In this document: positions 1 through 9,146 of the stretch, piece by piece
Position numbering within the stretch: the stretch's first letter is position 1
How the letters are laid out: every line of letters begins with the position of its first letter
DNA from: Thermoplasmatota archaeon
GTDB taxonomy: Archaea; Thermoplasmatota; Thermoplasmata; Thermoplasmatales; Thermoplasmataceae
DNA length: 64,000 nucleotides
Reading direction: 5' to 3'
Assembly: GCA_023379435.1 (NCBI GenBank)
Contig: JAMCUH010000050.1
Location: 372-64,371, forward strand
Notes under the pieces: model-generated
What the model saw: the letters and a program-made list of their open reading frames with translations, nothing else
Database searches by the model: none
Told to the model about the DNA's origin: nothing
Translations under genes and position numbers: made by a program

Positions 1-250
1 GAAATGGTGCAATGCATACGGAATACTGGGGGTAAGGCAGGAAAGTGAGACCTCTACCCTTTATCACTGCGGATTTCCCGTTATATTCCAGCGATGTCCT
101 GCCGTTTCCCACCGTGGCAATAATACTCATAACGCCATGTTTCCTGAAGTATGATGCAATTCCGTCAACATAGTTGACCACCCCATCGATGGCAGGATGG
201 TAAGTGTCGGTGTATATGGCAACTCTCACTTCACCATTCTCTGTCATCAT
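1..250 (-). CDS. Glycosyltransferase, GT-B family 4-like (N-terminal part only; gene runs off the window start)
   Basis: A minus-strand frame is open from ATG ATG at 250/247 to nt 1. It is absent from the ORF track because there is no stop in the window. The translation is MMTENGEVRVAIYTDTYHPAIDGVVNYVDGIASYFRKHGVMSIIATVGNG... The pattern (k-v-A-i-x-T-D-x-Y-x-P-x-i-x-G-V, then a short helix and a second beta strand) is typical of the N-terminal Rossmann half of GT4 enzymes. The track ORF 231..446 on the same strand is out of frame and antisense to the MFS gene. Confidence 0.55.
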   Translation of the reverse strand, partial: MMTENGEVRVAIYTDTYHPAIDGVVNYVDGIASYFRKHGVMSIIATVGNGRTSLEYNGKSAVIKGRGLTFLPYPQYSVCIAPF

Positions 251-348
251 TCCCGTCACGTGATTTATACATGGCTAAAGTAATTATTATGGCATCTGGG
301 AAAAACAATTCATGAGAAAATATTTTATTGATAAAGCATTTCCAATTT

Positions 349-2106
349 ATGGTAGAGTACAAGTGGATAGCACTCTCCAATACCACCATCGGGGTTATGA
401 TGGCCACAATAAACCAGACCATTCTTCTCATATCACTACCTGTCATTTTCAGGCATATTGATCTCGATCCTTTTCTTTCATCCAGCTTTCCCTACTTCCT
501 CTGGATACTCATGGGTTTCAATATAGTTACGGCAACTCTTCTCCTGACCTTCGGCAGATTATCTGACATGTATGGAAGGGTTAGACTGTTCAACCTGGGG
601 TTCATAGTATTTACTGCCGGTTCCGTGATTCTGTCCATAACGCCCTTCAAAGGAACAGCTGGTGCCTCATTTATCATAGCCTTCCGGCTTGTTCAGGGCC
701 TCGGTGCGGCTTTCCTCTTTTCAAATTCCGCAGCCATCCTTACCGATGCTTTCCCGAACAATGAGAGGGGCACTGCTCTAGGCATCAACTCCATTGCTGC
801 CATAGGTGGGTCTCTCATAGGCATTATACTTGGCGGTGTTCTATCGGTTGTTTACTGGAGGGCTGTCTTCATAGTCAGCGTTCCATTTGGCGTATTGGGT
901 ACAGTATGGTCTTATGTCAAACTGAAGGACACATCCACACGGGATAAGACACAGAAAGTGGATTACGTTGGCAATACGGCATTTGCCGTCGGCCTGACAC
1001 TTGTCCTTGTGGGCCTCGTTTATGGCCTTGAGAGCTACAACGGTCTGCCCACAGGTTTCGGTAACCCGTGGGTTCTTGCCTCGTTTGGCGTGGGAGGTGC
1101 CATGCTCGTCGCATTTCCATTCATAGAATCAAAAGTCAGGTATCCCATGTTCAAACTTTCCCTTTTCAGGATCAGGCCATTTGCATTTGGGAATTTTGCC
1201 AATCTTCTTTCTGCCCTTGCAAGGGGAGGTGTGATGATAATGATGATAGTGCTTCTTCAGGGAATCTATCTTCCCCTGAAGGGATATCCCATCCAGGTGA
1301 CGCCATTCTGGGCAGGCATTTACATGGTTCCCATGACTGCAGGATATCTGGTGATGAGCCCCATAAGCGGTAAGCTTTCCGACAAATATGGTGCAAGGGA
1401 GCTTGCAACACTTGGCATGGTTATCGTTGCCGTATCCCTTTATCTCGTGACATTTCTTCCGTATGATTTCTATTACCCCACAATGGCGGGAATGCTCCTT
1501 CTGATGGGCATAGGGAACGGGCTGTTCACGTCGCCGAACTCGGCAGCCATAATGAATGCCGTTCCAAGGGAAACCAGAGGAGTTGCATCGGGAATGAGGT
1601 CGACCATGATGAACACCGGCATGACGCTGAGCATAGGGATGTTTTTTGTCTTACTTATTTACGGCCTCTCATCAAGGCTTCCCGTATCCATAGATTCTTC
1701 ACTTAACGCCCTTAATGCATCATCACTCATCCCCTACTTTTCATCGTTGAACCCAACCGTTGCGCTTTTTTCGGCATTTCTTGGAGAAAATCCAGTTTCG
1801 CTTATTCTTGCGCATGTGTCCATAAGTCATTCACTCTATGTCACGCTTACTTCAAACAGCTGGTTTTCCAGCGTCCTTGCTCCTGCCTTCATGGATTCAT
1901 TCCACATGGCGTTCTATGTGGGAGCAGGTATGGCAGCTGTTGCCGCTGCTGTATCCATAAGCAGAGGAAAAATGTTCGTCTATGAGAGAGATGTGGAAAA
2001 TAGACAACAAGAGGGAACAAACGTAATAAATAATAATAAAGAGCCCTTAACGGGTATGAACAATAGGGGAACAAACTCAATGACACAGAGAGGCAGATGG
2101 AAATGA
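349..2106 (+). CDS. MFS transporter, 14-TMS DHA2 (EmrB/QacA-like) drug:H+ antiporter family
   Basis: The protein is polytopic. It shows the MFS loop 2-3 motif [13 protein letters not shown], the motif-C-like [20 protein letters not shown] and a second-half repeat [12 protein letters not shown]. The track start at 328 is TTG. The first ATG at 349 ([15 protein letters not shown]) fits the usual family N-terminus. Confidence 0.8.
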   Translation: MVEYKWIALSNTTIGVMMATINQTILLISLPVIFRHIDLDPFLSSSFPYFLWILMGFNIVTATLLLTFGRLSDMYGRVRLFNLGFIVFTAGSVILSITPFKGTAGASFIIAFRLVQGLGAAFLFSNSAAILTDAFPNNERGTALGINSIAAIGGSLIGIILGGVLSVVYWRAVFIVSVPFGVLGTVWSYVKLKDTSTRDKTQKVDYVGNTAFAVGLTLVLVGLVYGLESYNGLPTGFGNPWVLASFGVGGAMLVAFPFIESKVRYPMFKLSLFRIRPFAFGNFANLLSALARGGVMIMMIVLLQGIYLPLKGYPIQVTPFWAGIYMVPMTAGYLVMSPISGKLSDKYGARELATLGMVIVAVSLYLVTFLPYDFYYPTMAGMLLLMGIGNGLFTSPNSAAIMNAVPRETRGVASGMRSTMMNTGMTLSIGMFFVLLIYGLSSRLPVSIDSSLNALNASSLIPYFSSLNPTVALFSAFLGENPVSLILAHVSISHSLYVTLTSNSWFSSVLAPAFMDSFHMAFYVGAGMAAVAAAVSISRGKMFVYERDVENRQQEGTNVINNNKEPLTGMNNRGTNSMTQRGRWK

Positions 2107-2555
2107 GAAACCCCGATGAAAAACCGGAATCTCATGACAACATGCTACTTTGGCGATATCTTTTCAGAACATCGAAGATCATATCCAAGAACCTTAACGA
2201 TAAGCTGGCACCACTTGGCATATCGTTTCTAAGCTACAGGACGCTCAGATATCTCGTTAGGCAGGGACCCAAGACCATGTCGGCAATATCTGACTTTCTT
2301 CTTGTTACACAGGGAAGAATAACCGGTATAATTGATGAGCTCGAATCCCGTTCTCTGGTATTGAGGATAAGGAGTAACGAGGACCGGAGGATCATAAATC
2401 TTGAAATTACCGATGAAGGGAAATCGCTTGAACAGAAGGCCAGGGTCATATATGAGAGCTACATAAATTCCATTTTCTCCAGGATTGACCGGGAAAACAG
2501 GGAGTGCATCCTTAATGGAATCAAGCACCTCTCTTCAGTTCTTGGGAAGCAGTGA
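2097..2555 (+). CDS. MarR-family winged-helix transcriptional regulator
   Basis: The 152-aa protein has the typical MarR core: [65 protein letters not shown]. This reads as an HTH plus a wing with the DRR motif. It overlaps the stop of the upstream MFS efflux gene by 10 nt, the classic regulator/efflux pairing. Confidence 0.75.
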   Translation: MEMRNPDEKPESHDNMLLWRYLFRTSKIISKNLNDKLAPLGISFLSYRTLRYLVRQGPKTMSAISDFLLVTQGRITGIIDELESRSLVLRIRSNEDRRIINLEITDEGKSLEQKARVIYESYINSIFSRIDRENRECILNGIKHLSSVLGKQ

Positions 2556-2609
2556 CATCTTTTCAATGTCACAAAAACTGTTTAATGTGGAATTGCCATT
2601 CCACTGACA

Positions 2610-3554
2610 ATGCAGGGAAAAAACATACTACTTACCGGGGCAGCAGGTTTCATCGGTTCAAACATGGCCGAGCTGCTTGTGAATGATAATATCGTAACAG
2701 GAATAGACAACCTGTCTGGCACAGACGGGAGATTTGTGAAACCTCTCCTGGACAATAAGAATTTCAGGTTTCTCAAAGGAGATATAACACGGGAAGAGGA
2801 TCTTTCGTCCCTTGGAAAGTTTGATCTCGTCATACATCTTGCAGCAAATTCTGACGTCAGATACGGATCCGAGAGGCCCTTGGTGGATCTGAATTCCAAT
2901 GTTATTGGTACGGTGAACCTTCTTGAGATGATGAGAAAAAATGACATTCCGGAGATGGTCTTTGCGTCAAGTTCAACGGTATATGGCGAGGCGACTGTCC
3001 TTCCAACCCCTGAGGAGTATGGTCCCTACCTCCCCATATCTTCCTATGGAGCTTCCAAGATGTCCTGCGAGGGTTTCATATCATCATATTCACATTATTA
3101 CGGCTTCCGTGGGTCCATATTCAGGTTCGCCAACATTGTCGGGAAAAATTCCACACATGGAGTTATATTTGATTTCATAAGAAAGCTGAAGAATAATTCA
3201 AGGGAGCTGGAGATACTTGGTGATGGATCACAAAGAAAGTCATACATGCATGTATCCGACTGCATATCGTCCATATTATTCATACACGAAAAACTGCAAA
3301 AGACAGATATTTATAATCTTGGGAACAAAGAAACTACCAGTGTTGTGAAAATAGCCGATTTGATCGTGACTAAGATGGGGCTCAGGAACGTGAACTACAG
3401 ATTTACAGGCGGCATTGACGGCAGAGGGTGGAAGGGGGATGTTAAGCTTGCCCAGTTATCCATTGAAAGACTCCTTTCAAAGGGATGGAAAAACAGATAC
3501 AACAGCGATGAGTCCGTGGCCCTTGCCATAGATGAGGCACTTGCACAGCTATGA
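2610..3554 (+). CDS. NAD-dependent nucleotide-sugar epimerase/dehydratase (extended SDR, UDP-glucose 4-epimerase-like)
   Basis: The N-terminal Rossmann motif is LLTGAAGFIGSN. The catalytic YxxxK is in SSYGASKMSCE. The 314-aa length is typical of the family. Confidence 0.8.
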   Translation: MQGKNILLTGAAGFIGSNMAELLVNDNIVTGIDNLSGTDGRFVKPLLDNKNFRFLKGDITREEDLSSLGKFDLVIHLAANSDVRYGSERPLVDLNSNVIGTVNLLEMMRKNDIPEMVFASSSTVYGEATVLPTPEEYGPYLPISSYGASKMSCEGFISSYSHYYGFRGSIFRFANIVGKNSTHGVIFDFIRKLKNNSRELEILGDGSQRKSYMHVSDCISSILFIHEKLQKTDIYNLGNKETTSVVKIADLIVTKMGLRNVNYRFTGGIDGRGWKGDVKLAQLSIERLLSKGWKNRYNSDESVALAIDEALAQL

Positions 3555-3674
3555 GATTTGCAGCCGCTTTTTGAATATCTGATAAATTATGTGAAAGACC
3601 AAATCTCACAAAAAAGCTGAAGGCATCATATTTTCTCATTCTGGGTAAGATGTGTCTTTGGAATTGCCGGATGA

Positions 3675-4931
3675 TCATACAAATTCACAGTCCAGAAAGT
3701 AGTTTGGATCAAAATCTTTAACTTTCCAGTCTCTTTTGACGAACTTACCGTTGATCATGACGCTCCTCACCCAGGACCTGCTCCATGAATAGACGATATC
3801 AGATATCAGTGTATCCGGTTTCATTAATGTATCGGGTCTGAGGTTGTCCAGAATTACAAGATCCGCCTTCTTTCCTTCTTCAATGGAACCAATGTCTGTT
3901 CTGTTGAGTGAAAGTGCAGCCTCCCTTGTGCACATCTCAATGGCCCTGTTTGCGCCCAGTAACGATGCATCCCATCTCTGGTTCTTCATGGCTATTGTAC
4001 CGAACTTGAGATCATTCATTACGTCAAGGCTGTTGTTGGTGGATGCACTGTCCGTTCCAATTGAGACATGAATGCCCTGCTGCAGCATCTCCGGTACAGG
4101 AGGCATTCCTCCAACGCCAAGTTTTGCATTGCTCACGGGATTCCATGACACCTTAACACCATCTCCTGCAAGAAGCCTGACCTCCCTCATGGTTGACCAG
4201 ACACAGTGGGCTGCAATGACCCTGCTGCTGAGGAAACCAATCTGGTGAAGATATTCAATCGGCCTCTTTCCGTTCTTCTTAACAGAATCGTACACCTCTT
4301 TTCTGGTTTCTGATAGATGGGTGTGAATGGTTGTTCCATATTTTTCGGCGATTTCCCTGACCCTGTCATAGGTTTCTTTTGATGTAACATAGATCCCCTG
4401 AACACCGATGGATCTCCCCACTGTTTCGTGTTTTTCCCCCGTTATGAAATTCTCCGCATTTTTCACCGGATCGCCGGACTGGGTAGTGTATTCCGGGTCA
4501 AGTGTCACCCAGGAAAGGAAAGATCTTATTCCTGTTTGAAGAGCAGCCCTCTCAATGACATTCTCATCATAGTAAAGGTCATGGAAGGATGTTATTCCTG
4601 CATCTATCATCTGGTACATCCCGAGAAGCGAAGAGTTGAAGATCCCATTTTCAGTTCTCTCCGAATCAAGTGAAAACGTTTTCTCCAGGAAAGCGTCGAG
4701 GTGCAGATCATCAAGCATGCCCCGAAGATGCGTCATTGCCACATGGGCATGCGTATCAATGAGGCCAGGGATTATGACCGTTCCTGATGCATCAATTACC
4801 TCATCACAACCGATCTCATCTGTACCTATATGCTGTATGTGATCGTTTTCCACAAGTATATTTCCTCTCACAATGTCGTTGTTATGGTTCATTGTGAGTA
4901 TAAGGGCATTTTTGAAGAGAAAGGATGTCAT
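3675..4931 (-). CDS. Metal-dependent amidohydrolase, MTA/SAH deaminase (MtaD)/chlorohydrolase-like
   Basis: Motifs seen are HxH in LIDTHAHVAM, IHTHLSETRKEV, AAHCVW, NPVSNAKLGVGGMPP, IGTDSASTNNSLDV and GSIEEGKKADLVILD. Together they follow the MtaD/SsnA/guanine-deaminase subgroup pattern. The start ATG overlaps the stop of the upstream membrane-protein gene by 4 nt. Confidence 0.7.
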   Translation of the reverse strand: MTSFLFKNALILTMNHNNDIVRGNILVENDHIQHIGTDEIGCDEVIDASGTVIIPGLIDTHAHVAMTHLRGMLDDLHLDAFLEKTFSLDSERTENGIFNSSLLGMYQMIDAGITSFHDLYYDENVIERAALQTGIRSFLSWVTLDPEYTTQSGDPVKNAENFITGEKHETVGRSIGVQGIYVTSKETYDRVREIAEKYGTTIHTHLSETRKEVYDSVKKNGKRPIEYLHQIGFLSSRVIAAHCVWSTMREVRLLAGDGVKVSWNPVSNAKLGVGGMPPVPEMLQQGIHVSIGTDSASTNNSLDVMNDLKFGTIAMKNQRWDASLLGANRAIEMCTREAALSLNRTDIGSIEEGKKADLVILDNLRPDTLMKPDTLISDIVYSWSRSWVRSVMINGKFVKRDWKVKDFDPNYFLDCEFV

Positions 4932-5815
4932 TCTTCCCTTAGAAAATCTTCTTTATTTATTCTTTCGTTGTAGGAGTGCCGTGATGTGGCCATGGAGGCA
5001 ATTATTATCCCCATTAATGCAAACAGCAGGAAGGCGCCGCCAAAATAATAGTTCCCCAGGATCCTGTATATCTCCATCAGAACAAGGCCAAGAATTGAGC
5101 CGGATATTACTGACAGGCCAAGGTTGTAGCCCCTCTCAGAAGACCACTTTCCATTCATAAATAGTGAGACAAGGAATGCCACCATTGAAACAAGGTACAG
5201 AGAGAGGATCAGTGCATGATAGGGAAGCGAGAATGTTGCAAGGGGGAGCAGATACTGGTAACCGTTAACAAGGAATGAATAAAGTGCAAGAAATTCAAGA
5301 TAAATCACATATGAGAATGCATCAAAGAAGCTCGGAACACTCAGTATGATCCCTGATACTGCTCCATGGTTAAGGTAGAGCACGACCGCAGAGAACTGTT
5401 CCAGAAAAAACAGTGATGAAACAATGAGCCCCGCCAGCGTTCCTGTATGAGAGGCTGAAAAGTAACCCTCCACCATTGCAATGAACCCGAATCCCAGGAA
5501 TATTGCTATGTATGTGTCACCGTTGAGATATATGAGAAATATGTTAAGGAAACCAATATTTGCTATGCCAAGCAGGTGCATCAGTGAATACAGTATGATC
5601 AGCGCAAAAGCCACAGTGAATGTCGGGTAGACCCATCCTGCGTATTTTCCTATACGTCCTATCCTGATGAATGGAAGAACAGCCAAGGGAACAAAAATGT
5701 AATAGTTTATGGAACCTGACTCGTTGGAGATATCATAAAGAAAAAGGAAAATCGCAGGCAACATTATGAGCGATTTAAGTGCATATCTTTCAATTTTCTT
5801 GTAGCCGGATATCAA
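4928..5815 (-). CDS. Polytopic membrane protein of unknown function (MoxR operon member)
   Basis: The 295-aa protein is almost entirely hydrophobic helices, about 8 by eye. I recognise no catalytic motif. It shares 4-nt overlaps with both neighbours. The track start is TTG, and the next in-frame ATG is at codon 18. Confidence 0.55.
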   Translation of the reverse strand: MISGYKKIERYALKSLIMLPAIFLFLYDISNESGSINYYIFVPLAVLPFIRIGRIGKYAGWVYPTFTVAFALIILYSLMHLLGIANIGFLNIFLIYLNGDTYIAIFLGFGFIAMVEGYFSASHTGTLAGLIVSSLFFLEQFSAVVLYLNHGAVSGIILSVPSFFDAFSYVIYLEFLALYSFLVNGYQYLLPLATFSLPYHALILSLYLVSMVAFLVSLFMNGKWSSERGYNLGLSVISGSILGLVLMEIYRILGNYYFGGAFLLFALMGIIIASMATSRHSYNERINKEDFLREE

Positions 5816-7113
5816 TTTACCATCTTCCCGTATCTGTATTCAGATAGAATCCTGGGCAACAGATTCCTGTTCGTCACTACCCTGCTTTTTATTCCCGCGC
5901 TGTTGAGGAAGGATGATATGGCCTTTAATTTCCTGTTTTCCATTATAAATGCATTTCTCAGAAGCCTCTCCTGAAAACTGTCTAGTCCCTTGGCGTAGTT
6001 TTCCTTGGATATCAGCATGACCACAGGCCTTTTCCCGGATATTCTGAAGTCCTCCCTCCTGAAAGAAAAGTTCTCCGTGAATGAAAGGGGGGTAAGCAGG
6101 ATTATGAATGCACTTTTTGTCACGTTCTCTCTTATTCTTTCCATGGCCATCTGGAATGTGAACGATCCGTCCGGAATGATGTCCGATACCGTTTTTTCAA
6201 ACTTCTGTATCACGTTAACTGATCTCTTTGGTTCGATGAAATAGTCATGTGTGCTGGAAACTATGAGATAGCCCACACCATCCCTGTTCCTGAGGATTGC
6301 ATGTGAAGCACTGATAACGGAAGCGACAATCTGGTCGAATAGTCTTGACTCGTCATTACCATAGTTGACCGCATTGCTGTAGTCAAGAACAAAAATTACA
6401 TTGATATCCCGCTCTTCCTCCATTTCCTTGATGTAAAGATCATCGCCAGTCTGGATGCCAAACCGGCTCCATGCGACATATCTAAAGTCATCGCTGTCAA
6501 CGTACTGCCTTATTCCATGAAAATCATAACCCTGACCTATTGTCTTGGATATGTGAGAACCCTGGGAGAAGACGAAATTGCTCAAAAGTTCGGATCTGCT
6601 ACTCATGATGTCACTGAACGCCGGCGCAATCTTTATTTCGTTGTCCTTTGCCAGGATGTAGGATGAAATGCAGAGTCTGAGAGAATCCTCGGAGTACACA
6701 ATTATTGGTCCCACCTGGTATTTTCCGATGCTAACAGAAGAAACGCCATATCTCCTCTCCACTGTTTCCCCGGGGCCAAGGGATACCTCTCCGGAAGAAT
6801 TTTGGTCCGGCCTGAATACAGTGGAGAGAGTATCGAAATAATGAAAGTAGATGCTCCTTCTTGTGGCATTGGTGAATTTCAGGACAACACTGATGGATTC
6901 CCCCTTCCTGCCGTAAGATTTACCCAGTGTCCTCCTTATGTCCACCCTCCTGAGGGCGTTTGCTGTGACCAGGTTGAAAATCAATATGTCTGAGCAGATT
7001 ATTGCTGTTATTATGGTTACGAAAAGGAGGAATGTACCGTAGCCGAGTATATAAGCTTCAAAATTCCCGTATGCCAGCAGTGCAAGGAGCCCAAAGCCTG
7101 ATTTTTTTATCAT
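5812..7113 (-). CDS. DUF58 (vWA-like) protein with N-terminal transmembrane hairpin
   Basis: The DUF58 signature is GQGYDFHGIRQYVDSDDFRYVAWSRFGIQTGDDLYIKEMEEERDINVIFVLDYSNAV. Two N-terminal hydrophobic helices are present. The gene sits directly downstream of MoxR with an ATGA overlap, the canonical MoxR-DUF58 pairing. Confidence 0.8.
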   Translation of the reverse strand: MIKKSGFGLLALLAYGNFEAYILGYGTFLLFVTIITAIICSDILIFNLVTANALRRVDIRRTLGKSYGRKGESISVVLKFTNATRRSIYFHYFDTLSTVFRPDQNSSGEVSLGPGETVERRYGVSSVSIGKYQVGPIIVYSEDSLRLCISSYILAKDNEIKIAPAFSDIMSSRSELLSNFVFSQGSHISKTIGQGYDFHGIRQYVDSDDFRYVAWSRFGIQTGDDLYIKEMEEERDINVIFVLDYSNAVNYGNDESRLFDQIVASVISASHAILRNRDGVGYLIVSSTHDYFIEPKRSVNVIQKFEKTVSDIIPDGSFTFQMAMERIRENVTKSAFIILLTPLSFTENFSFRREDFRISGKRPVVMLISKENYAKGLDSFQERLLRNAFIMENRKLKAISSFLNSAGIKSRVVTNRNLLPRILSEYRYGKMVN

Positions 7114-8075
7114 TTGGGTGCTTCGATCCTGTTAACTAGCTCATCTATGACAGAATTGACGATTGACACCGTATCACCGTTTCCTTCCACCATTGCCTCT
7201 GAGTTAAGTATGATCCTGTGGTTCAGAAGTTCCTTTGAGAGAAATTTCACGTCTTCAGGTATAACATAATCCCTTCCGTTGACAAGGGCGTTAGCCCTGG
7301 CAGCAAGGAAATACTTGAATGTTGTTCTTGGGCTTGCACCGAGGTAGATCCTCTTGTCTTCCCTTGTGGATCTTATGATATCGACGATATAATTCATGAT
7401 ATCATCGGAGATGGCAACGGAGTTGAGCTGAGATCGCAGTGCCATGATCCTTTCCTTGCCAAGGGGGTCATATGGCTGTTCCGCAATGCTATCCCTCTTC
7501 AGTATTGATATCTCCTCCTCCCTTGTGGGGTATGAAAGGTTATACCTGAAGAGAAACCTGTCAGTAAGTGCCTCAGCCAGCGGAAATGTACCTTCCTGCT
7601 CAATAGGGTTCTGGGTTGCAATGACAAAAAACGGCTCCGGAAGCATTTCAGTGAGTCCACCTATGGAAACACTCTTTTCCTCCATTCCCTGAAGGAGCGC
7701 AGAATGGACCTTTGGAGGCGTTCTGTTGAGCTCGTCTGCGAGGAGAATGTTCGTGTATATGGGCCCCTTCCTCAGCTCCATCCTCCTGGTTTCAAGATTG
7801 AACATCATGTTTCCGGTGACATCGGACGGGAGCATGTCGGGTGTGAATTGTATCCTCTTGAAGTCAAGACCCATATGCCTGGCAAACTCGTTGGCAAGAA
7901 GTGTCTTTGCCAGTCCCGGTACACCCTCAAGAAGCATGTGGTTGTCAGTGATCAGGCAGATGAACATGAACCTGATAATCCTCTCCGATCCTATGACAGT
8001 CTGCCCTATGCGCTTCTGAATCCTCGATACCGTGTTCCTTAGGTTTAGCAGCGCCGTTTCCGTAAGTTCAACCAT
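7110..8075 (-). CDS. MoxR-family AAA+ ATPase
   Basis: Walker A is LLEGVPGLAKT. Walker B plus sensor is ILLADELNRTPPKVHSALLQGMEEKSVSIGG, followed by VIATQNPIEQEGTFPLAEALTDRF. The 321-aa length is typical of MoxR. Confidence 0.9.
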   Translation of the reverse strand: MVELTETALLNLRNTVSRIQKRIGQTVIGSERIIRFMFICLITDNHMLLEGVPGLAKTLLANEFARHMGLDFKRIQFTPDMLPSDVTGNMMFNLETRRMELRKGPIYTNILLADELNRTPPKVHSALLQGMEEKSVSIGGLTEMLPEPFFVIATQNPIEQEGTFPLAEALTDRFLFRYNLSYPTREEEISILKRDSIAEQPYDPLGKERIMALRSQLNSVAISDDIMNYIVDIIRSTREDKRIYLGASPRTTFKYFLAARANALVNGRDYVIPEDVKFLSKELLNHRIILNSEAMVEGNGDTVSIVNSVIDELVNRIEAPK

Positions 8076-8573
8076 TTAAGATTCCTCCGTATCCACAAAC
8101 AATACACTGGACTTGGCTCTGTTAACATCACTGTAAAGATCCATCATTCTATCCAGCACCTCCTTGAGCCTGAGCTCTCCCCTGGCTCGCCTTCTCTTAA
8201 AGCCTGATCTTGACATGGAAAGGCACCTTCTGTACCTCCTCTTCAGCCTCTTGAAATTAAGGCCTGCCATCTTAAGACGATCAAATTCCTCCTGCATCAT
8301 TCTCACATACCTTTCACTGTTTCCTTTCATTATGTTCTCAACCTCCACATGAAATATATCACTGGGAAGCAAAAACGCCTCCTGCTTCCTTTCAAGTTCC
8401 GGTTCTCTATCTACCTTCTGGACCTTTGACATATGCTTTAAAACCACAGAGAAAATCAGTATTGAAACAACAGGGATCAGAAACCTGAAATCGGTGACGG
8501 GGTTATGCGTGATATCCTTCAATATTGAATCCAGAAATGGTAAAATTCCAGAGGGAGCAGGGGAACTAGCCAA
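8076..8573 (-). CDS. Small single-pass membrane protein with charged helical tail, unknown function
   Basis: The 165-aa protein has one hydrophobic helix (FLIPVVSILIFSVVL) followed by a K/R/E-rich helical region. It abuts MoxR with no spacer and overlaps the upstream gene by 8 nt. The start in the track is TTG, so the start is uncertain. Confidence 0.45.
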   Translation of the reverse strand: MASSPAPSGILPFLDSILKDITHNPVTDFRFLIPVVSILIFSVVLKHMSKVQKVDREPELERKQEAFLLPSDIFHVEVENIMKGNSERYVRMMQEEFDRLKMAGLNFKRLKRRYRRCLSMSRSGFKRRRARGELRLKEVLDRMMDLYSDVNRAKSSVLFVDTEES

Positions 8574-9144
8574 CTTCCTCTTCCTCTCCGTTCATCTGTG
8601 TATAATAAAGCTTCATGATGTCAAGGTAGTTGTATACGTCCGTCAGCTTCTCTATCACTGTGTTGGGATCATCCTTGACCGGACCCTGAAATCTTGCCTT
8701 CTCATAGTAATCCAGGTAGAATGCGGTAAGCTTCCTGAGAGCCATGATCCTGTTCTTGTTCCACTGAGGTATCTCCGAGCCCTTGTTCATGGCTTCTGAG
8801 AATAGGGAGTTATCAAGATATGCTTCATCAGGTATATTTATTCCGTTTAAGGCAAATTCCCTGATCAAGAACTGCCTGTTTGTATCCGAAGGTGATGGCG
8901 TGACTGAAAACTGACTGCAATAATCTTGCTTTGCCCTGTTGAAGCCTCTTTTAATCGCCTCCTGCATGTTACCGTCACCCACGAGCTTTCGGGCGTTAAC
9001 TATGGGAGGGATATCACCCACCGATCTCACCTTTATTACCGTCTTGCTTTCCCTCTTCTTGGCAGCGGCTCTCCTGAATCTTTTGAAGAACCCGCCCTTC
9101 TTCCTTTCATTTTTCTTTAAAACTTTCCCTTCATTTTCTTCCAT
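8566..9144 (-). CDS. Basic helical protein, DUF4129-like (tentative)
   Basis: The 192-aa protein has a lysine/arginine-rich N-terminus. It then reads ARKLVGDGNMQEAIKRGFNRAKQDYCSQFSVTPSPSDTNRQFLREF and later ALRKLTAFYLDYYEKARF. This resembles the DUF4129 pattern (helix, T-x-R-E/Q-F, then Y-x-x-a-R-Y/F) seen next to MoxR/DUF58 in other prokaryotes. The assignment is from memory of the family pattern, not a search. Confidence 0.4.
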   Translation of the reverse strand: MEENEGKVLKKNERKKGGFFKRFRRAAAKKRESKTVIKVRSVGDIPPIVNARKLVGDGNMQEAIKRGFNRAKQDYCSQFSVTPSPSDTNRQFLIREFALNGINIPDEAYLDNSLFSEAMNKGSEIPQWNKNRIMALRKLTAFYLDYYEKARFQGPVKDDPNTVIEKLTDVYNYLDIMKLYYTQMNGEEEEVG

Positions 9145-9146
9145 TC

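Noticed and set aside
231-446. A 71-aa minus-strand ORF at the start of the window.
   Set aside because: It is antisense to the 5' end of the MFS transporter gene and out of frame with the real-looking GT4 fragment (1..250). The translation has no recognisable features.
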